This document shows, piece by piece, positions 7,976 through 15,792 of a DNA stretch of 36,100 nucleotides (position 1 is its first letter; every line of letters begins with the position of its first letter). A program made the position numbers and the translations under genes. Source of the DNA: a bacterium (lineage in GTDB: Bacteria; Electryoneota; Electryoneia; Electryoneales; Electryoneaceae); the NCBI GenBank assembly GCA_043801585.1, contig JAZDLX010000146.1:1-36100 (forward strand), written 5' to 3'. The notes beneath the pieces are model-generated. The model was not told where the DNA came from, did no database searches, and worked only from the letters and a program-made list of their open reading frames with translations.

Positions 7976-8884
7976 ATGCCAGTACATCTTCCGGTAGGCG
8001 AGGTGGCAGCGCTTGGCACCGCGTTCCTCTGGTCCTTTTCCTCGATGCTGTTCGCCTCCGCCGGGCGGCGCATCGGATCGCTGACGGTCAACCGCTTGCG
8101 CCTGCTGGTCGCTACCCTCCTGTTGATGGGTCTGCACACCCTTTTCACCGGTTCGCCAATTCCACACGGTTCTCCGCTCGCGTGGATGTGGCTCGCACTC
8201 TCAGGGATTATCGGGTTTGCGATCGGGGATACTCTTCTGTTTCGAACATTCGTGATTCTCGGACCAAGGATCGGCATGGTCCTGATGACCCTCACGCCTG
8301 TATTCAGTGCGCTGCTTGCACTGATCCTGCTCGACCAACGGATGAGCCTGTTGCAACAGTCGGGTATGATCACCGTGATTGCGGGCGTCAGCTGGGCCGT
8401 GATCCACCGGCCACCGCTTGTCACCTCCTCGAAAGAGGGACCGCCCGCCCTGGGAATCGTTTTGGGGATTCTGTCTTCACTATGCCAGGCGACCGGTCTT
8501 GTCCTGTCGCGATTGGGAATGGACGCAGGACCGCCACCGCTCACCGCCAACCTGATGCGTCTGCTCAGCGCTCTCGCTGTGATGACGCTGATCTTTGTTT
8601 TTCGTGGACGGATCGTGGAGGTCGCCGCCGCCCTGAAAGACCGGATCGCACTGACACAGTTGACTTCAGCGAGCACTTTTGGACCCGTAGTCGGTGTCTG
8701 GTTATCTCTCGTCGCGGTGAATCTTGCGCCGATCGGAATCGCCGCCACGCTGATGAGCATCAGCCCTGTTTTACTCATTCCTCTCTCGCACTTCTTGCTT
8801 CGAGAGCGCATTCACCCACAAAGTGTGATCGGAACAGGCGTAGCGGTCATCGGAGTAGCCCTTTTAATCGGCTTTTCAACCTGA
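7976..8884 (+). CDS. EamA/DMT family transporter
   Basis: About 10 hydrophobic helices in two repeats; LSGIIGFAIGD, GIAATLMSISPV, LRERI. Confidence 0.9.
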   Translation: MPVHLPVGEVAALGTAFLWSFSSMLFASAGRRIGSLTVNRLRLLVATLLLMGLHTLFTGSPIPHGSPLAWMWLALSGIIGFAIGDTLLFRTFVILGPRIGMVLMTLTPVFSALLALILLDQRMSLLQQSGMITVIAGVSWAVIHRPPLVTSSKEGPPALGIVLGILSSLCQATGLVLSRLGMDAGPPPLTANLMRLLSALAVMTLIFVFRGRIVEVAAALKDRIALTQLTSASTFGPVVGVWLSLVAVNLAPIGIAATLMSISPVLLIPLSHFLLRERIHPQSVIGTGVAVIGVALLIGFST

Positions 8885-8970
8885 ATGCGAACTCCCCTCC
8901 CTTCCCGTTTTTCCTTGTAATGGTGCGGTTTGTGCAGAGTTCAATTTCCATTAAATTTCTTGTTGACCCC

Positions 8971-8998
8971 TTGACAACGCCCATTTTGTTCCTATCTT
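8971..8998 (+). promoter_or_regulatory. Putative sigma70-type promoter of the HU gene (TTGACA-N16-TATCTT)
   Basis: Perfect -35 hexamer and near-consensus -10 upstream of hup. Confidence 0.55.
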
Positions 8999-9100
8999 AG
9001 GGCGTGGAATTGGGTTGGCGGTGGGACCGGCAGGTTCAGCCAAACCCTTTGCAGTGACTAAAATTTGTCGGTCACACTACCGACGTAACCAGGAGGTGAC

Positions 9101-9373
9101 ATGAACAAAGCGGAACTGGTAGACGCCGTCGCCAAGAAGACAGGCGAGACAAAGCGTCTAACGGAAGGGTTCCTGGATGCCATGGTTGATACGATTACCA
9201 AGTCCGTGGCAAAAGGCGAAAAAGTCAGCATCGTCGGATTTGGCAGCTTCGAGAAGAAGACTCGCGGTGCGCGCATGGGTCGCAACCCGCGCACAGGCCA
9301 GACGATCAAGATTCCGAAAAAATCCTACCCGTCCTTCACCCCGGGAAAGGCGTTCAAGGATACGGTCGCCTAA
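9101..9373 (+). CDS. hup: DNA-binding protein HU
   Basis: MNKAELV...GFGSF...ARMGRNPRTG...PSFTPGKAFKD; strong AGGAGGT RBS. Confidence 0.97.
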   Translation: MNKAELVDAVAKKTGETKRLTEGFLDAMVDTITKSVAKGEKVSIVGFGSFEKKTRGARMGRNPRTGQTIKIPKKSYPSFTPGKAFKDTVA

Positions 9374-9396
9374 CCCCTGCACGGTTTGCGAACGCA

Positions 9397-9436
9397 AAGC
9401 GCGGCGCCGAAGTCTCGGCATCGCGCTTTTATTTTC
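9397..9436 (+). terminator. Intrinsic terminator after hup
   Basis: AAAGCGCGgcGCCGA-agtc-TCGGCatCGCGCTTTTATTTT stem-loop followed by a U tract. Confidence 0.8.
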
Positions 9437-9480
9437 ATGAACTTAGAAAATTTCAGTGCTCGTTGTGTTCGGACATAGCC

Positions 9481-9532
9481 GGGATAGTGTACTCACAATG
9501 CCGATAGATCGGCATTGTGAGTACACTGTCCC
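9481..9532. repeat. 52-bp near-perfect palindrome (REP-like)
   Basis: GGGATAGTGTACTCACAATGCCGAT-AG-ATCGGCATTGTGAGTACACTGTCCC; 25-bp arms with one mismatch. Confidence 0.85.
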
Positions 9533-9940
9533 AAATTGAGCTCGGAGTTCCGTGTCTTCATCAGTGCCTGTCCGCCACAGGTAAAAAGCGGAGAACTGAC
9601 GGTAAGGTGTTCCCAATCGACCACCCCGTCAGGTCACACCCGCCATCCGGCGGCCACTACCTGACGAAACGGGGAATGGCTTCGCTGTGGCGAGAATTCC
9701 AGAGTCACCCGATTGGCGGCAGACGGTTTGGAAAGGGTTTTGCTTTCAAACCGTCTGGAAACGGATGGATTTCAGACAGTATGGCAAAAACTGCCTCCCA
9801 AACTGTCTGGGGATGAAACAGAAGATCGAACGGCCACAATGGCAAATCCCTCTGCCCTGTCAATTTGCATCCTGATCCTGAGCGGCTTGCCAGACACCGT
9901 CTTCTTCCCCTATTTTTCGCAAACCTTAAGCGGGGGCAGC

Positions 9941-10294
9941 ATGCAGTACGACGAGAACGGCATTTTTGCCAAGATCATGCGGCGTGAAATCCCAGCGGAT
10001 ATCGTCTATGAGACGGACAATGTGCTCGCCTTCGACGACATCAATCCGAAAGCGCCGGTTCATGTTTTGATCATTCCGAAGCTGAACATAGCGACGGTGA
10101 ACGATTTCCAGCCGGAGCACGCTCAGATGATCGGCGAGCTGGTCCTGGCGGCAAAGCAGATCGCCAAGGACAAAGGTATCAGCGAGAGCGGGTACCGGCT
10201 TGTTTTCAACACGATGTCGGATGCGGGTCAGGACGTCTTCCACGTCCACCTTCACCTGATAGGTGGACGCCGGATGACCTGGCCTCCGGGATAG
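9941..10294 (+). CDS. Histidine triad nucleotide-binding protein (HIT/HinT family)
   Basis: IFAKI, AFDDINPKAPVHVLIIPK, GYRLVFN, GQDVFHVHLHLIGGR, WPPG. The real start is likely ATG 9941 rather than 9713. Confidence 0.95.
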   Translation: MQYDENGIFAKIMRREIPADIVYETDNVLAFDDINPKAPVHVLIIPKLNIATVNDFQPEHAQMIGELVLAAKQIAKDKGISESGYRLVFNTMSDAGQDVFHVHLHLIGGRRMTWPPG

Positions 10295-10427
10295 ACCCGG
10301 AGTCGGGCGCCAAGGGCGGCTTGGAGCGGCTACGCCACTCGCGCCGCAAAATCCGGAGTCGGGTGCTTTGGGCTGCCCCATAGCTTCATCCGCCGTGGCG
10401 AAATACCACAACATCCCCCAGCGAACT

Positions 10428-10451
10428 GTAGGGCGGGCCTCCGTGCCCGCC
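10428..10451. repeat. GTAG-family REP-like palindrome
   Basis: GTAG-GGCGGGC-CTCCGT-GCCCGCC, followed by a pyrimidine tract. Confidence 0.6.
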
Positions 10452-10516
10452 TTCTTTCTGTTCGCGGAAAGGGATCCCCGATCAGGTCGAGAACAGGCAT
10501 CCGCGTCACCCAAGGT

Positions 10517-10550
10517 GTCATTGCGAGGAACGAAGCGACGAAGCAATCTC
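10517..10550. repeat. GTCATTGCGAG...GAAGCAATCTC-type dispersed palindromic repeat
   Basis: GTCATTGCGAGGAACGAAGCGACGAAGCAATCTC; resembles widespread RPE-like intergenic repeats. Confidence 0.6.
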
Positions 10551-10675
10551 GTTGTTCAATTAAGTCGAGTGAATGCAGTTAAAACACTCAAAACTCTCTT
10601 GCAGAAATCCGGGCATCGAGCTGGCCGGGCCACCCAAAGCCGCTCTTTTTTCGGGAGACAGGCGCGGAACAGCCA

Positions 10676-10704
10676 TTGATTGCCACGGGGTCCGGCCTTA
10701 TCTT
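10676..10704 (+). promoter_or_regulatory. Putative promoter of the rpsU operon (TTGATT-N17-TATCTT)
   Basis: Correct spacing, about 75 nt upstream of rpsU. Confidence 0.5.
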
Positions 10705-10778
10705 GTCGGGCCTTATTCATCCCGGCAGGCGTTGTGCCGCCGGGAAAAAACCTTTAACACCCGAAAGAGGTGATTGGA

Positions 10779-10988
10779 GTGCCGTACGTGAAGCTGCGTG
10801 AAGGCGAACCGTTCGAAAAGGGGTTCAAGCGTTTTCTGAAATCCTGCGAGAAATCCGGCCTGATGGCGGAGATTCGCAAGCATCAGCGCTATGAGAAGCC
10901 CAGTGAAGCGCGCAAGCGCAAGTCGAACATCGCCCGGCGCAAGATGCGCAAGATGCAGGCGGCGATCGATCGCAAGGGTCGTCCCTGA
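10779..10988 (+). CDS. rpsU: 30S ribosomal protein S21
   Basis: PYVKLREGEPFEKGFKRF...EKSGLMAEIRKHQRYEKPSEARKRK; GTG start at 10779 after GAGGTG. Confidence 0.95.
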   Translation: MPYVKLREGEPFEKGFKRFLKSCEKSGLMAEIRKHQRYEKPSEARKRKSNIARRKMRKMQAAIDRKGRP

Positions 10989-11038
10989 TCCTCGGGGAAT
11001 TTCCCCGCGCATCCCGCTCCGACGGCGTGGAGGCATTG

Positions 11039-11503
11039 ATGGCATCCGCGACCGATTACGAAGCAAAGCTTTCCGAGTTGTTGAAGGGAGCCATGAAGTC
11101 CGGCGATAAACGCCGACTCATGGCTCTCCGCGCTCTGAAAAGCCTGATCACCACGGAACGCACCAGGAAAAGCGGCCCCCTTGAGGAAAAGGACGCGATC
11201 GCCGCGCTCGCATCCTACAAGAAAAAAATGGTGGGTGCGCTCGAACAGTACCGTGACGCCGGGCGCGAAGAACTGGCGGCGGGCGCTGAGGTCGAAATCG
11301 CTCTTTGCGATGAATTGTTGCCAGCCCAACTCTCCGCCGAAAAGATCGAGAAACTGGTGGACGAGCAGATCGCCGCGGTTGGCGCCTCTTCCCCGCAGGA
11401 TCTCGGCAAGGTAATGGGACCGGTGATGAAAAAAGTGGCCGGCCAGGCGGACGGCAACCTCGTCCGTGAAATCGTGACACGAAAGCTGGGAGGGGGAGCG
11501 TGA
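11039..11503 (+). CDS. GatB/YqeY domain protein
   Basis: AMKSGDK, YRDAGREELA, LPAQLS, QDLGKVMG, GQADG; canonical position after rpsU. Confidence 0.93.
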   Translation: MASATDYEAKLSELLKGAMKSGDKRRLMALRALKSLITTERTRKSGPLEEKDAIAALASYKKKMVGALEQYRDAGREELAAGAEVEIALCDELLPAQLSAEKIEKLVDEQIAAVGASSPQDLGKVMGPVMKKVAGQADGNLVREIVTRKLGGGA

Positions 11504-12294
11504 CCATCCTTGACTGGGTACTGATCGGCCTGTTCGGCTATTTCTCTATCCGCGGGCTCTTCCGCGGATTTTTGCTGGAACTGTTTGACCTGGTGGCGCT
11601 GCTGGCGGGGTATTTCACGGCACGTCTGCTGGGTCCGGTGTTCGGACTCTGGCTCTCGAACAACACCCCGATCAACCGCTGGCTTTCAGCAGTGATTGCG
11701 GCAATCCTGCTGTTTATCATCGTAGCGGCGACGATCTTTCGCGCGGCTCACTTTCTCCGCACAGTTCTTCACTCGGTCAACCTCGCCGGGTTCGACAGGG
11801 CACTCGGCTCGGTGTTCGGACTGATCAAGGCGTTGCTGAGTATCCTGGCGATCTTCCTGCTGCTCTCGCTGACCCCATGGTCCCGGTCGATCGGAGAATA
11901 TGCGTCACGGGGAGAATTCTCTTCGTGGCTCTGGCTGGGATCGCAGGTGGTCCGTGACACAGCTGAAATCGAACCCCTATTCCCCACCCAGGCGATGGCG
12001 AAGTGGTTGCGGGCCGCTGGTGTGAACGAGGAAGCGGTCCACATCGCCACGGATCAGCCCGATCTGCTCGACGCCCTGCTTGAACAGGCCCGGCAGGGGC
12101 AGATCGACCTCCCCGTGGATCAAATTCGGCGTGGTGAACCGGCACTGAAGTTGCCAAAGCAATTCGATCTCGATCCTGAAACCCAGGACGTCCTCGTTCG
12201 CATCCTCGAAGACACCAACACTACAGCAACCGAGAAAGCTCGTCTCTTCTGGCGAGAATTGAGTGTCAGCCTGGAAACAGAAAAGCAGCCCTGA
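11500..12294 (+). CDS. CvpA (colicin V production) family membrane protein with C-terminal extension
   Basis: MTILDWV...RGLFRGFLLE...DRALGSVFGLIK; GTGA overlap with YqeY. Confidence 0.88.
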   Translation: MTILDWVLIGLFGYFSIRGLFRGFLLELFDLVALLAGYFTARLLGPVFGLWLSNNTPINRWLSAVIAAILLFIIVAATIFRAAHFLRTVLHSVNLAGFDRALGSVFGLIKALLSILAIFLLLSLTPWSRSIGEYASRGEFSSWLWLGSQVVRDTAEIEPLFPTQAMAKWLRAAGVNEEAVHIATDQPDLLDALLEQARQGQIDLPVDQIRRGEPALKLPKQFDLDPETQDVLVRILEDTNTTATEKARLFWRELSVSLETEKQP

Positions 12295-12308
12295 GGGCTG
12301 CTATTCTG
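12278..12308. terminator. Hairpin over the CvpA stop codon (possible terminator between convergent genes)
   Basis: CAGAAAAGCAGCCC-TGA-GGGCTGCTATTCTG inverted repeat. Confidence 0.55.
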
Positions 12309-12449
12309 AAGACACCTGTGGCCGCTTTGCGTGGTTTTCTGGCTGCTTCTTCCAGTTCACGGTTCTCGGTGGCCTATTGACAATTACTGCGACCGCCAGA
12401 ACCGAGTGAACCTCACCAACCTGCCCTTGCGGTACCTCCGCGAACAGGG

Positions 12450-12860
12450 TCAGTTGTCTACGTGACCGCTGGGCTTTTCAAATCCAACATCCTTCGGATT
12501 GAAGCCCGACCGAAACAGTTTTTCGAGGAGCAGATCCGTCACCATTTCCGAGAGTTTTTCAATTGTAGGATCTGCGTTGATCTCTTGCCCGAGGACGCCG
12601 AATTCGAGGCGTTCCAGCCTCATCCGTGCGCCTTCGAGCGAAAGCCCCTCCTCATAAATCAACTGCTTCAGAAGTTCGATCTTTTCCACCGCTTCCTGGT
12701 TGAATCGGCGCTGGCCTCCGCTGGTGCGGACAACTTGCATGTACTCACGAAAAGCCGATTCCCATTTCCGAAGCGTCGGAGTACTCACGCCGGTCAAAGC
12801 ATTGACCTGGCTGATCGAATAGAGGGCGCGGCCGGAGTCCGGAGTTTGGTCTGCTGCCAT
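12450..12860 (-). CDS. MerR family transcriptional regulator (MlrA/CarA-like HTH)
   Basis: YSISQVNALTGVSTPTLRKWE...RTSGGQRRF...LIYEEGLSLEGA. ATG at 12860 follows a GGAAGGAGG RBS. Confidence 0.9.
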   Translation of the reverse strand: MAADQTPDSGRALYSISQVNALTGVSTPTLRKWESAFREYMQVVRTSGGQRRFNQEAVEKIELLKQLIYEEGLSLEGARMRLERLEFGVLGQEINADPTIEKLSEMVTDLLLEKLFRSGFNPKDVGFEKPSGHVDN

Positions 12861-13048
12861 GACGCGTCCTTCCTTCCGGCGGGGGTATCTCCCCCGGTCG
12901 AATGACTCACATGGGTCGCCGTCCCCCTTGCCAGTATGGACGGCATCCAATGGTCCTATCGGCAGTTAGGGGTTCAAACTTTAGTGGATTGGGGATTTCC
13001 GGGGTTGCCCACGAGGCACAACTGGCAATTTTGCACAAAAAGGTTTTG

Positions 13049-13513
13049 TTAGTGATTTCCGGCGAGCAGCTCGATTACCTGTTCGGAGTTTTCTGCCTGC
13101 CGCAACGCCTCGCGGATATCCTCACGCGACAGTTTGCGGACAAGTGCCGCGGTGATATGAAGGTAACTGTCCAGACCTTCCGGGGGAACGGCAGAGAAGA
13201 ATACCAGATCGCATAATTTACCGTCAGGTGCCTGAAAATCAAGAGGTTCAACGAGGCGTACATAAGCGCAAAGGATATGACGGACAGCGTTGGTACGTGC
13301 GTGAGGCATGGCAATTCCATGCTCCAGGCCGGTGGGAAGCTCCTCCTCACGCTTCACGGCGTCTTCGACAAGACGATCGACATTGATTACGGCTTCATTA
13401 TCTTTCAGATTATCAGCGACTTGGCGAATCACATCCATGCGGTCTGCCGCGTTCATGTCGAGGAAGATCACATCGTCCGTGAGCAGTGTTCCCAGTGCCA
13501 TTGTCTTGATCAT
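13049..13513 (-). CDS. PTS IIA domain protein (Fru/Ntr-type)
   Basis: KREEELPTGLEHGIAMPHAR with the phospho-His, and DFQAPDGK. Start is 13513 or 13501. Confidence 0.92.
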   Translation of the reverse strand: MIKTMALGTLLTDDVIFLDMNAADRMDVIRQVADNLKDNEAVINVDRLVEDAVKREEELPTGLEHGIAMPHARTNAVRHILCAYVRLVEPLDFQAPDGKLCDLVFFSAVPPEGLDSYLHITAALVRKLSREDIREALRQAENSEQVIELLAGNH

Positions 13514-13535
13514 CTGCCGTCCGTTTATGGTGTTT

Positions 13536-13919
13536 TCAGCGACGCCGAAGTTTTTGCAGATCTCTGCGCTGTTTTTTTACCGGGCGTGCACCCTGGTCCT
13601 GATGAGGTCCTTTCAAGCGTTGCGCCAGGGCGATCAGTTCCCGCTGTCGAACAACGTCCTCGGGCGTTTCATCCTGCCAAAGCTCACGCGCTACTTCCTT
13701 GGAAATGTTCTTACCCGGCAGGTCCAGGAGACGGATTTCACGGTAGAGACCTTTCTCACGAATGCTCAGGCGATCCCCAGCATGAACCTCCGTGGAAGAT
13801 TTGGCCACGCCTCCGTTGACCTGCACCCGCCCCTGTTTGCACGCATCCGTCGCCTGGCTCCTGCTTTTGAACAGACGGACACGGAAAAGGACATGATCCA
13901 AGCGGTCACCACCGGCCAT
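13536..13919 (-). CDS. RNA-binding S4 domain protein (Hsp15/HslR-like)
   Basis: RLDHVLFRVRLFKSRSQATDACKQGRVQVNG...KSS...GD; C-terminal GARPVKKQRR. Confidence 0.92.
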   Translation of the reverse strand: MAGGDRLDHVLFRVRLFKSRSQATDACKQGRVQVNGGVAKSSTEVHAGDRLSIREKGLYREIRLLDLPGKNISKEVARELWQDETPEDVVRQRELIALAQRLKGPHQDQGARPVKKQRRDLQKLRRR

Positions 13920-14053
13920 CGCCTCCTCCTCCCTGATGCAGCAGGGAAGCTACGTTACCATCCCCCTCCGGGCAAGGCCGGAAATCGATATAGCCCCATG
14001 AGTTGAGTTCCATTTCAGGAGTATCTTCAGGAAGCTACTCCAAGGAGGGTCCG

Positions 14054-14800
14054 ATGAAACGCATTCTCGCCAGCCTGACACTACTCCTGTTCGCTGTGAC
14101 TGCCCACTCCGGTGAGCCACCGGCAACAACCCTGACCCTGCATCCGGGACCCACCTATATCACCTTCAGCCAAGTGGCGGAATCCGCATCCCCCGATTCG
14201 ATCTTCGGAAATCAGCTTCCCGGAGCTGCTGCGTGGGCAGCCTCTACGCGAATCCTGACCGCCAACGCCGAACCGGCTTCCGGCAGCTACTACGACACCC
14301 GTCAAAAAAGCTGGCGGGGAACGCTCAAATCCCTCGAGGTGGGAGCGGGGTACTGGATTGTTCTTCCACCATCGATGCCACCGGTGACGCTGACCATCCC
14401 GGGGATTGTCTCGAGTGCAGGAATACCACAAACGAGGAACGGTGTCCTGGTCACGGTGGAACAGGGAGGGAGTCTCGTTCGCCCCTCGGAACCTCCGAGG
14501 TCCACCGCCGAACGGATGGTGGTGAAGGAAAAACCGACCACCATCACAGCCTCGTCCGGCGTCTACGTACAGGAAGGCTCGGTGGGCGTGCCTGCAACTC
14601 CCGGCACTCCCGGGGATCTTCCCGTTGCCTGGGTGAAAATCGCCCTGGACTCCCTCTACTCCCCGCCGCCGGGAGTGCACGTTCCCGGCGCGGAATCGGC
14701 GATGATCCCAATGCCGCTGCCGTCGGGGGGACTGGTCACAGTTGCACCACCTCCCGATTTTTCGATCCCTCCCTGGGGGAAGGGACCCGTTCCTGAATAG
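14054..14800 (+). CDS. Hypothetical secreted protein, Pro-rich
   Basis: AAGGAGGG RBS, signal peptide MKRILASLTLLLFAVTAHS, a LKSLEVGAGYWI motif and a Pro-rich C-terminal half. Confidence 0.7.
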   Translation: MKRILASLTLLLFAVTAHSGEPPATTLTLHPGPTYITFSQVAESASPDSIFGNQLPGAAAWAASTRILTANAEPASGSYYDTRQKSWRGTLKSLEVGAGYWIVLPPSMPPVTLTIPGIVSSAGIPQTRNGVLVTVEQGGSLVRPSEPPRSTAERMVVKEKPTTITASSGVYVQEGSVGVPATPGTPGDLPVAWVKIALDSLYSPPPGVHVPGAESAMIPMPLPSGGLVTVAPPPDFSIPPWGKGPVPE

Positions 14801-14917
14801 AACATCCAATCTATCTATCCGTTCGTTAAGTCATTTATTTGTAGTCTATTAACAACTATTTCATATACTTCATAATACCCCTCCTTGTCCCGCGAGAGTT
14901 GAATTCCTCCCGATCCC

Positions 14918-14990
14918 TTGACAATGACTGCTTGCATCACCATCTTAGTCACATGATTTAGTCATACGACTAATTCAATTGATTGATTAA
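14918..14990 (+). promoter_or_regulatory. Promoter (TTGACA-N17-CATCTT) and palindromic operator candidates upstream of TetR
   Basis: TTGACA at 14918; TTAGTC-ATAC-GACTAA at 14958-14973, a degenerate copy at 14945-14960, and TAATTCAATTGATTGATTAA at 14971-14990. Confidence 0.6.
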
Positions 14991-15005
14991 AACGTGGGGC
15001 CGTCT

Positions 15006-15791
15006 ATGGCCGTTGATCCGTTGAAGAAAGAAAAAGCTGCCGGAGAAACAAACTCCGCCTTTCAAGGTGAAACCGGAAAACCCAGCGCCTTTGAACGATT
15101 CACCAGGAATTTTCAGAACGAGGACATCAAGAATTTTTTCCGGAAGGTTCCCGAAGAGCTGCTTCCCCTCCCCGATGATGCGCCTCGCCATCGCATCATT
15201 GAAGCGGCGAGGATTGTGTTCGCGGAAAAGGGGTACGATGCGGCGACGACCCGTGACATCGCGGAGCATGCCGGAGTCAACCAGGCGATGATCCACTACT
15301 ACTTCGGCAGCAAACGGCAGCTTTACCAGCGCACCCTGATAACCCAGATGTACCTGCTGTTTGGTACCATCGCTCCGAAAATCGACGCCAGGAAATCGCC
15401 GATCGCCTTTGTTGTCAATTTTCCCCTGCTGATGATCGACACCTTCCGGGACCACCCGGTCTGGATGAATTTCATGCGGCGGGAGCTCGCCTCGGGCGGC
15501 GAGGGTCTTCAGGAGATGATCGAGGGAATGGACCACCTCGGGCCAAAAGGGTTCAAAGAGCTGTTTCGTCCCATGTTCGAGCAGGGTGTTCATGATGGCC
15601 AGATCCGCGATTTCGATTTCGACAGTGTGTTTCAGTTCGTGCTTTCGATCGCTTACGCCATCCTGATCGTGGACCCACTGTTCAAGCAGGTGACGAACAC
15701 TTCGGTTCTCGATGACGACACCTGGAGGGTCCGCAGACCGGTCTGGGAATCGATCCTCCGTTACGGCATCGAACCGCGGAAGGAGAGTTGA
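15006..15791 (+). CDS. TetR/AcrR family transcriptional regulator
   Basis: RIIEAARIVFAEKGYDAATTRDIAEHAGVNQAMIHYYFGSKRQLY; start position uncertain. Confidence 0.93.
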   Translation: MAVDPLKKEKAAGETNSAFQGETGKPSAFERFTRNFQNEDIKNFFRKVPEELLPLPDDAPRHRIIEAARIVFAEKGYDAATTRDIAEHAGVNQAMIHYYFGSKRQLYQRTLITQMYLLFGTIAPKIDARKSPIAFVVNFPLLMIDTFRDHPVWMNFMRRELASGGEGLQEMIEGMDHLGPKGFKELFRPMFEQGVHDGQIRDFDFDSVFQFVLSIAYAILIVDPLFKQVTNTSVLDDDTWRVRRPVWESILRYGIEPRKES

Positions 15792-15792
15792 G

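Noticed and set aside
9713..9940. N-terminal extension of the HIT ORF, and ORF 9517-9816
   Set aside because: These run through palindromic repeats, and HIT homology begins only at ATG 9941.
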